A DNA stretch of 44,031 bases from Macrostomum lignano (taxonomy: Eukaryota), in NCBI GenBank assembly GCA_002269645.1, contig NIVC01004500.1, positions 1 to 44,031 on the forward strand, written 5' to 3'. Shown here piece by piece: positions 34,980 through 44,031 of the stretch. The notes below the pieces were generated by a model that saw only the letters and a program-made list of their open reading frames with translations, did no database searches and was not told the DNA's origin. The translations under genes were made by a program, and so were the position numbers. How positions within the stretch are numbered: position 1 is the stretch's first letter; every line of letters starts with the position of its first letter.

Positions 34980-36592
34980 AGAGATGTAGTATTAAGGATA
35001 AGAGATGTGGGATTAGGGATAAGAGATGTAGGGTTGAGGATAAGAGATGTAGGATTATGGATAAGAGATGTAGGATTATGGATAAGAGATGTAGGATTAT
35101 GGATAAGAGATGTAGGATTATGGATAAGAGATGTAGGATTATGGATAAGAGATGTAGCATTGGGGATAAGAGATGTAGCATTGGGGATAAGAGATGTAGG
35201 GTTGAGGATAAGAGATGTAGGATTATGGATAAGAGATGTAGCATTGGGGATAAGAGATGTAGGGTTGAGGATAGGAGATGTAGGGTTGAGGATAAGAGAT
35301 GTAGGATTATGGATAAGTGATATAGGATTATGGATAAGAGATGTAGGATTATGGATAAGAGATGTAGGATTATGGATAAGAGATGTAGCATTGGGGAAAG
35401 AGATGTAGGGTTGGGGATAAGAGATGTAGGGTTGAGGATAAGAGATGTAGGATTATGGATAAGAGATGTAGGGTTGGGGATAAGAGATGTAGCATTGGGG
35501 ATAAGAGATGTAGCATTGGGGATAAGAGATGTAGCATTGGGGATAAGAGATGTAGGATTATGGATAAGAGATGTAGCATTGGGGAAAGAGATGTAGGGTT
35601 GGGGATAAGAGATGTAGGGTTGAGGATAAGAGATGTAGGATTATGGATAAGAGATGTAGGGTTGGGGATAAGAGATGTAGCATTGGGGATAAGAGATGTA
35701 GCATTGGGGATAAGAGATGTAGCATTGGGGATAAGAGATGTAGCATTGGGGATAAGAGATGTAGGATTATGGATAAGAGATGTAGGGTTGGGGATAAGAG
35801 ATGTAGGGTTGAGGATAGGAGATGTAGGGTTGAGGATAAGAGATGTAGGATTATGGATAAGAGATGTAGGATTATGGATAAGAGATGTAGGATTATGGAT
35901 AAGAGATGTAGGATTATGGATAAGAGATGTAGGATTATGGATAAGAGATGTAGCATTGGGGAAAGAGATGTAGGGTTGGGGATAAGAGATGTAGGGTTGA
36001 GGATAAGAGATATAGGATTATGGATAAGAGATGTAGGGTTGGGGATAAGAGATGTAGCATTGGGGATAAGAGATGTAGCATTGGGGATAAGAGATGTAGC
36101 ATTGGGGATAAGAGATGTAGGATTATGGATAAGAGATGTAGCATTGGGAAAGAGATGTAGGGTTGGGATAAGAGATGTAGGTTGAGGATAAGAGATGTAG
36201 GATTATGGATAAGAGATGTAGGGTTGGGATAAGAGATGTAGCATTGGGATAAGAGATGTAGCATTGGGATAAGAGATGTAGCATTGGGGATAAGAGATGT
36301 AGGATTATGGATAAGAGATGTAGGGTTGGGGATAAGAGATGTAGCATTGGGGATAAGAGATGTAAGGTTGGGGATAAGAGATGTAGCATTGGGGATAAGA
36401 GATGTAGGGTTGAAGATAAGAGATGTAGGGTTGAGGATAAGAGATGTAGGATTAGGGATAAGAGATGTAGCATTGAGGATAAGATATGTAGGGTTGAGTA
36501 TAAGAGATGTAGGGTTAAAGATAAGAGATGTAGGATTGAGGATAAGAGATGTAGGATTACGGATAATGCATGCAGGATAACGGATCAGAGAT
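34980..36592. repeat. 21-bp minisatellite (GGATAAGAGATGTAGGATTAT and variants), about 76 units
   Basis: Direct read. It explains the IRDVGLW / MDKRCRI / LHLLSII ORFs. Confidence 0.97.
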
Positions 36593-36799
36593 GAAGGATT
36601 AAGAAGTAAAATAAGTAGAATTTGCTTTTGTGTTGCATTCTGATCAGTAGAAGTGCAGCAATCCAGTCAAAAGCTTTACTCGCACTACTCTATCCTGCCC
36701 CAATTCATGTTAAAGCATCAAGAATTGCCTATCCCTCATCCGGTTAGCAACTGAGCTGTTCTGTTTACTTGTGCACTCACCCAGTGTTCTCAGCGACCG

Positions 36800-38423
36800 A
36801 TGCCCTGCTGGTACTGGGAGGCGGAGGAGTTGCTCAACACGCCCTCTTATCGGGACGGCGTGGAGCGACAGACTGAGTCGAAATACCGTTGCGAAGGCGC
36901 CAAGTTTATCCTGCAATGCGGCCAAGACCTGGGCTCACGTACAACACCATAGCCACCGGCATCGTGTTCTTTCACCGCTTCTACATGGCGCACAGCTTCA
37001 AGAAATACGATCGCTACGTGGTTGCCGCCTGCGCCCTGTTCCTGGCCGGCAAAGTTGAAGAGACGCCCAAACTGTGCCGCGATCTGGTCCGCTCGTTCAG
37101 AAGCATCTGGACGAGCGAACATTTGCTGCTCATTTTGCTTCCCAGACTCAGGGCCGCAGCCCTGCCGAGCTGGTCATGCAAACTGAGCGGCTTATGCTTC
37201 GAACTCTGAAATTCGATTTCATAGTTGAGCACCCGTACAAACACCTGCTGGAGATGGGCCGGAGGCTGCGCGCTCCCAGGAGGAAATCAGCACGATTGTT
37301 CGCCACGCCTGGGCATTCGTTAATGACAGTCTGTACACAACCCTGTGCCTGCAGTGGGAGCCCGAGATCATCGCCTGCTCCGTGCTGTACCTCGGCAGTC
37401 TGTGCAGCAGCTTCCCTATTCGGGATTGGGAGGGCCGCTCCGGTCCCAACGACAAGTGGTGGAGCAGTTCGTGCCCGGGCTCGGCTTTCCCCTCATCGAG
37501 CGCATCTGCCATCGCATCCTGGACATGTACCAGAGCAATAACAGCGCCGGCAGCGTGCCAGCCGCCGTTGCCAATAGCAACAGTAACAATAATAATAGCA
37601 ATAGTATTGGCAATGGCAGGAGCGGCGGAGGAGCTGATCAGGACAGCTGGGCCAAGCCCTCCTCCGACCAGGCCGCCAAGCAGGCCGCACCGCAGCAGGT
37701 TCCTGCGCCTGCACCTGCACAAGCCGCATCAATCCCTGCAGCGACTACAGTCTCCGCTTCAACCTCGCTGTCCGCTGCCGCCGCCGCCGCCCAAGCGGTG
37801 GTGAATCAGGTGCACTTCCAGCACCATCAGCAGCTTCACACCCTGCCAGGCTCGGTGTCTCACGTCTCTATGCAGATGCCGAACTCTGTGCTCACTGGCA
37901 GCTGGCACCAGTACGCGTCCGTCACGAATGCCGCTCCGCCGCCTCCCCCGCCACCGCCGCCTCCTCCGCCGCTCATGGCATTCGAGTATCAACAGCAGCA
38001 GCAGCAGCAGGGCATGTCAACCATTCCCACTTCGCTTCCTTTGCCGCCTCCGCCTCCGCCGCCACCTCCGCCATCGCATCTGGGCGGCGGATTTGTGCCT
38101 CCGCCGCCGCCGCCCCGCCACCGCCGCCGCACCACCTCGGCCAGGTCCAGATGCAGCCGAACCATCTTCAGCACCAGCACCAGCTGTCAACCAATCACGC
38201 ATCGATGCCCATGCCTATTGGCCAATCTGTCCAGGCCAATCATCATCTGCCACTGCCTCCGCCAATGTCCATGCCGATGCCAATGTCCACCGCGGCTGGC
38301 CAGATGCAGCCGCAGATGCAGCAGCCCCAGCAGTTTCCCAGAATGCCGATCGCAACTTCACTGGCCAGACAGGCAACCCACGCGCAGCATCCAGCAGCAT
38401 CCAATAAAATCTTCACTCGCTGA
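36800..38423 (+). CDS. CCNK: Cyclin K, no introns seen, about 542 aa after restoring five single-base losses
   Basis: MPCWYW...EGAKFI...[14 protein letters not shown]...[11 protein letters not shown]...[10 protein letters not shown]...[23 protein letters not shown]...KWWEQFV...ICHRILDMY, then a Pro/Gln-rich tail. The frame steps by -1 at about 36932, 37095, 37276, 37461 and 38114; 1624+5 nt = 543 codons. Confidence 0.9.
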
Positions 38424-39271
38424 CTTGATAACAAAACGGGGTCACTGATCACTAGCTAGTGTAATTTAAGCAGGATCGTGTTGCAGTAGAGGTTCTTAGG
38501 CTAGGCAGAATTAAGCTAATCCTATTAATCATGTAATCGGATTAAAGCTTATCTTGGGTTCAGGTTCAGTTTACAATTATTATTCAGAACATTAAAAAGC
38601 TCCATGCATTTATTTGTGTTTTGTTTTTAAACTGTTCTGTACCGGTATACGAGGCTATTCCAGTTTGTGTCCCTGTTGAGTATGGTTAGTTAAACTTCAA
38701 TCACATAACTCACACATGATCCCATTGTCTCACCTTTTCTGCGTAAACTTTTCAATCCGCCATAAAAGCACAATATGCGTTTTGCTAATGCGTAAAGTAG
38801 TTATCGTTAATGATATACTGCTTTCTCAATGTCCGATGAATAAATTGTTTTTATCAAATTGCTTCTTATACTACTACTGCAATGCCCAGTCAGTAGTATT
38901 GCTTGCTGGTCTTCTCTGCCTCCCCCCCTCAATTTTCTTATTTGTGTTGTTGATTGTTCTCAATTCCTAAACGCCACGTGCAAGCGTAAAAAAAAGAATG
39001 GACTCTATTTTATCTATTGAGAGTAGAACGATTTTGTTATTACAGTGGCAATTCAACCCGTGTTAGTCTGAACTGATTTATTTAAGCTATATATATTATA
39101 TTGCTGTATATGTGAACTTTATAATTAGTAATAATATTTAATAATAATAATAACAAAAATAATAACTTCAACCATTTCTGCCCATTTTTAAACCTTTCTT
39201 GTTTTGCTTCAATTGTTTTTAGTAAATAGGATTTTCTACTTTTCAATTGATCCTGTCAGGAAAAAGAGTAG

Positions 39272-39902
39272 TTATGTCAGACTAATCATGTCAGGAAGCA
39301 GACTAGTCATGTCAGGAAGCAGACTAATCATGTCAGGAAGCAGACTAGTCATGTCAGGAAGCAGACTAGTCATGTCAGGAAGCAGACTAGTCATGTCAGG
39401 ATGCAGACTAATAATGTCAGGAAGCAGACTAGTCATGTCAGGAAGCAGACTAGTCATGTCAGGAAGCAGACTAATCATGTCAGGAAGCAGACTAATCATG
39501 TCAGGAAGCAGACTAATCATGTCAGGAAACAGACTAATCATGTCAGGAAGCAGACTAATCATGTCAGGAAACAGACTAATCATGTCAGGAAGCAGACTAG
39601 TCATGTCAGGAAGCAGACTAATCATGTCAGGAAGCAGACTAATCATGTCAGGAAGCAGACTAGTCATGTCAGGATGCAGACTAGTCATGTCAGGAAGCAG
39701 ACTAATCATGCCAGGAACCAGACTAATCATGCCAGGAACCAGACTAATCATGCCAGGAACCAGACTAGTCATGTCAGGAACCAGACTAATCATGTCAGGA
39801 AACAGACTAATCATGCCAGGATGCAGACTAATCATGTCAGGATGCAGACTAGTCATGTCAGGAACCAGACTAATCATGTCAGGAAGCAGACTAATCATGT
39901 CT
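39272..39902. repeat. 21-bp minisatellite (ATCATGTCAGGAAGCAGACTA), about 30 units
   Basis: Direct read. It ends about 60 bp upstream of the RPS8 ATG. Confidence 0.96.
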
Positions 39903-39960
39903 AGGCTACTGAGCTTAGTAATAAAAATCGTCATATTCTCCCGCACTGACATCCGATGCA

Positions 39961-40670
39961 ATGGGCATCACCCGCGATCGCACCCACAAGCGCCGCAAGA
40001 CCGGCGGACGCCGCGAGCAGCTGCGCAAGAAGCGCAAGTTCGAGCTGGGCCGGCCGCCAGCCCTGACCAGGATCGCCCTGCCTGCACGGCCAAGCGAGTT
40101 CATACGGTTCGAGTTCGAGGCGGCGGTCTCAAGCTTCGAGGCCTGCGCCTGGACACGGGCAATTTTAGCTGGCCATCGCGCGGAGTCGCCCGCAAGACTC
40201 GCATCATCGACACCGTGTACAATGCCAGCAACAATGAGCTGGTGCGCACCAAGACTCTGGTGAAGAATGCCATCGTGCTCATCGATGCCACACCGTTCCG
40301 TCAGTGGTTCGAGTCGCACTACCTGCTGCCGCTGGCCCGCAAGAAGGAGAAGAAGTCCAAGGCCGCCGCCGATGCCGCTGCTGCAGCCGCGTCGGACGCT
40401 GCCGGCAAGGCGGAAGGCGACGCCGCTGGCAAGTCGGCCGGCGACGCTCCGCTGTCGTTCACCCGCAGCAAGAAGACCATGAAGAAGTACCTGGAGCGTC
40501 AGAAGAAGGCCGAGGTGCCCCAGGCCCTGCTGGAGCAGTTTGCCGGCGGCCGTCTGTACGCCTGCATCACCTCCAGGCCTGGCCAGTGCGGCCGCGCCGA
40601 CGGCTACATCCTGGAGGGCAAGGAGCTGGACTTCTACCTGAGGAAGATCCGCGCCAAGAAGGCCAAGTAG
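39961..40670 (+). CDS. RPS8: 40S ribosomal protein S8 (eS8), no introns in the CDS, 236 aa after restoring one base near 40077
   Basis: [14 protein letters not shown]...[63 protein letters not shown]. 710+1 nt = 237 codons. Confidence 0.95.
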
Positions 40671-40924
40671 TTGCCCCGGCGGCTCTGTGTATCTGAATAA
40701 TTCTGTACCTTTGTTGATGTTGCAGTGACCATTTGGGACGTTTTTAGACTGGTTTAGCTGGTGTGCGCTCAGACCTTTGCTGCTGTGTGTAGCAACTGCA
40801 TCGCTGAATTATGAAAAAATAAAAAGTTGTGTCGATGAATTGGATTGAAAAATACTCTTGTTTTCTTTGGAATTTTTTCTCTTGTCTGCCGTATTGTAGG
40901 CAAGTTAAGGAATTAAAGAACACA

Positions 40925-41590
40925 GGAGCGGACAAGCAGGTAAAGGGAGTAGAAGGGAAGCGGACAGGCAGACTCAGGGAGCAGGAGGGGAGCGGACAGG
41001 CAGATTCAGGGAGTAGGAGGGAGCGGACAGGCAGATTCAAAGAGTAGGAGGGGAGCGGACAGGCAGATTCAGGGAGCAGGAGGGGAGCGGACAGGCAGAC
41101 TCGGAGTAGGAGAGGAGTGGACAAGCAGACTCAGGGAGTAGGAGGGGAGTGGACAGGCATACTCAGGGAGTAGGAGGGGAGCGGACAGGCAGACTCAGGG
41201 AGTAGGAGGGGAGCGGACAGGCAGACTCAGGGAGTAGGAGGGGAGCGGACAGGCAGACTCAGGGAGTAGGAGGGGAGCGGACAGGCAGACTCAGGGAGTA
41301 GGAGGGGAGCGGACAGGCAGGTACAGGGAGTAGGAGGGGAGCGGACAGGCAGGTACAGGGAGTAGGAGGGGAGCGGACAGGCAGGTACAGGGAGTAGGAG
41401 GGGAGCGGACAGGCAGACTCAGGGAGTAGGAGAGGAGCGGACATGCAGGCAGATTCAGGGAGTAGGGGGGGGAGCGGACAGGCAGACTCAGGGAGTAGGG
41501 GGGGAGTGAACAGGCAGGTAAAGGGAGTAGGGGAGTGACAGGCAGGTAAAGCGAGTAGGAGGGGAGTAGGGGAGGGGGGACGGACAGGCA
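40925..41590. repeat. 32-bp G-rich minisatellite (GGGAGTAGGAGGGGAGCGGACAGGCAGACTCA), about 20 units
   Basis: Direct read; degenerate at both ends. Confidence 0.94.
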
Positions 41591-41596
41591 GTTTCA

Positions 41597-44031
41597 ATGC
41601 AGGTAAAGTCGGGATACTCATGCTTATTGCATTTATTAAACGGGCCATTCAATTCCAGCTTTCCCAGCTGCCCCTGGTTGCCACGCTGTTGGCATGGGCG
41701 GCGGCCGCCGCGGCAGATTCGCCAGGCTGCGAGTTCAACTCCACCAGCCTGCCGTCGTCCGCGAAGCCGCCGCGCACCTCCTTTTGCTGACATCGTCGGC
41801 TTCAACAGACTCGGCGGCATCGACATCGCTGCAGGCGCCGCTGGGCGCCTGCTGTCCTACGGCTGCCCCGGCTTCACCGAGCGTCGCTACGCCGTCTGCC
41901 TGCCCGGCTTTGGCTGGCATCCGACGTGAGCTGCCCGAAGTCGCCCGCTCCGATCCCCGACGAGCTGCCTTGGGGCGTCTGCCGCGTCCCCGGCGTGCGG
42001 CCCCGGCCGAGGCGGACCTGGCGCCCGTCTGGTCCAACCTCACCGCCTCTCCCGGGCAGAGCGTCTACGTGGATTGCATCGGCGCCGACTCGGTGCTGGG
42101 CCCGGCTCGGTGGACTTGTCTGCCGGTGCAGCTGATCCTTCCGGCTCGTCCACCGCTGCGGCCGCTACTGACAAGCCGGCGCCAGCCGTTGGTCGCTGGG
42201 ATCGCAACAGCCTGCCGAGATGCGTTCGACAGTCGGTTCGCTGCTGCGACCCGCTGCTGCCACGGCCGAGAGGTGCCTCAATCCGGCCTGCAATTTCTAC
42301 TTTGCAGACTCGGTGGCCGTGTTCACGTGAGTGACAGTGAGGACTTGTGGCGCAGACAGTAAGGCTGAAAGTGCCTCAGCGTTAGTACTAGCTCCTTACT
42401 CAATGCCAGCTCTCTGTGCTTCAGACTGGCACTGAGGTACTAAGAGACTGGCACTGCGGTACTAAGAGACTGGCACTGAGGCACTAAGAGACTGACACTG
42501 AGGCACTAAGAGACTGGCACTGAGGCACTAAGAGACTGGCACTGAGGCACTAAGAACTGGCACTGAGGCACTAAGAGACTGCACTGAGGCACTAAGAGAC
42601 TGGCACTGCGGTACTAAGAGACTGGCACTGAGGCACTAAGAGACTGCACTGCGGTACTAAGATACTGGCACTGCGGTACTAAGAGACTGGCACTGAAGTA
42701 CTAAGAGACTGGCACTGAGGTCTAAGAGACTGGCACTGAGGTCTAAGAGACTGGCACTGAGGTACTACATGTAGGAGACTGGCACTGAGGCACTAAGAGA
42801 CTGGCACTGAGGTACTAAGAGACTGGCACTGAGGTACTACATGTAGGAGACTGGCACTGAGGCACTAAGAGACTGGCACTGAGGCACTAAGAGACTGCAC
42901 TGAGGTACCAAGAGACTGGCACTGATAAGCCATTGAGCTGATACTAAAACTCTAAGATTCCCTAGGATGCGCTGCTATTTTACAACAGAATCCACCTTCG
43001 CTTTCACAATGCTTTCAACTTGAATCCTTTTCCCCATATGCGCAGTTGCGGCGTCGCCAAACCGCACACCTGTGCCAGGCCAACGCACCTGGTATCCCGG
43101 CACGGAGTCCCCTGTGCGCCACTGCACCGCCAACAGTCGGGGCAGGCCGGCTCGCCCAACCTGATGACCACCCTGGCCTGGGTGCTGGGCCCGTGCGCCG
43201 TGCTGGCCCTGCTGCTGCTGGCCGTGCTCTCGCTCTGCTCGCCTACGCCGGCGAGATTTCTGCGCCGGCGCCGGCGCGTCACAATCCGCCGCTGGCTGCC
43301 ATAGTTGCCGCGGCCGCGGCTCAACTGCTTCCCTGGGGCCGCTGCCGCGCCTCTGACCCCGTCGCTGCAGTCGCGACGCCGCCTACTTTGACGAATTCGA
43401 CTACTCAGTTATGCCAGCGGCGGCTACTACTATGAACGACTTGGCGCATCGACCTGCTGCTCGACCTCGTCCGTCGGCGGCGCAGCTTCCCTCGGGCCTC
43501 GTCCGGCCGCCTACGACGACGACGGCGTCGGGGGTGTGACGGCAGCGGCGCGCTGCGGAGGCGATCTGGTGCGCCTGCTGTCAGCCGCCAAGGCCGCGCC
43601 AGCTACGATGAGGCGGTGGCCGCCGACAACCCGGCTGCGCTGTTCCGGCCGTCGATCCGCTGTCCGCGTGGCCGCGGACGGCCGCACCAACGGCTTCGGC
43701 CTCGGCGGCTGCCGGCGCCGCTCCTGCTCTGCAACGGGCAACCCGGCGTCGCGCAGCCTCTCGGGCGCCCAGTCGCGTCGACGGCCGCGCCCGCTGCAGT
43801 CGACTGGACCTCTCGCCGGCGGCGGTCTGTGCGACGGGGACACTCTGTCAACTTCACCGCGTCAGCCTGCCGGCCCAGCTGTCTCCATTGCCGGGGCGCC
43901 GCGTCGCCGCAGCAGCAGCAGCAGCAGCAGTCCCAGTGTCGCAGCTCCCTGGAACGATGGCCTCAGCGACGGCACTTCGGTGACGCTGCCGACTCTGAAA
44001 GCACCAGCAGCCGCAGCCTGGCCAGCAACCG
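41597..44031 (+). CDS. Predicted type I membrane protein with 2-3 sushi/CCP-like modules; frameshift-ridden and incomplete at the window end
   Basis: Tentative micro-exon ATG CAG|GTAAAG (41597-41602), 56-bp intron, then signal peptide [19 protein letters not shown]. Cys/Trp patterns SYGCPGF..VCLPGFGWHP..SC, VDC..SVLG..RWTC..GRWD..LPRC and HLCQANA.WYPG..SP. Donor GTGAGT near 42328, acceptor CGCAG at 43045. TM LAWVLGPCAVLALLLLAVLSLC followed by RRRRR, then a low-complexity tail. Confidence 0.55.
42423..42925. repeat. 22-bp minisatellite (AGACTGGCACTGAGGCACTAAG), about 22 units, in the intron of the sushi-like gene
   Basis: Direct read. Confidence 0.94.

Noticed and set aside
34962-36594. IRDVGLW / MDKRCRI / LHLLSII repeat proteins
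   Set aside because: These are translations of a 21-bp minisatellite, open in several frames on both strands.
36800-40670. Programmed ribosomal frameshifting or pseudogene status for CCNK and RPS8
   Set aside because: There is no shared slippery motif, every event is a -1 loss in a G/C run, the same losses affect adjacent non-coding repeats, and there are no nonsense codons. Assembly error is far more parsimonious.

Overview
Eukaryotic (animal) genomic DNA with GC-rich exons, GT-AG introns, AT-rich spacers and many unrelated minisatellites. This pattern suggests the flatworm Macrostomum (inference, not verified). Six genes can be read by eye. (1) A DSTYK-like protein kinase (+, 2 exons). (2) A complete 10-exon KATNAL2 (-), whose Walker A codon is split by a 7.67 kb intron made mostly of about 98 copies of a 71-bp unit. 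(3-6) A co-directional + strand run of MRPL28, cyclin K, RPS8 and a sushi/CCP-like membrane protein that runs off the window. The 12 kb divergent spacer between KATNAL2 and MRPL28 is a transposon nest. It holds a non-coding LTR element with identical 288-bp LTRs, PBS and PPT (TRIM-like), a nearly intact IR/DR Tc1 with one nonsense codon, a TIR element with Helitron-like cargo, a small MITE and a foldback-like pair of CCC-ended elements. The most notable recurring pattern is that several minisatellites are amplified copies of an adjacent functional signal: a SINE A-box, a branch point plus polypyrimidine tract, and possibly a splice donor. Beyond about 36.1 kb all frameshifts examined are single-base losses in short G/C runs, most likely consensus errors. 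All analysis is by eye, and homology calls are from remembered family motifs, not database searches.
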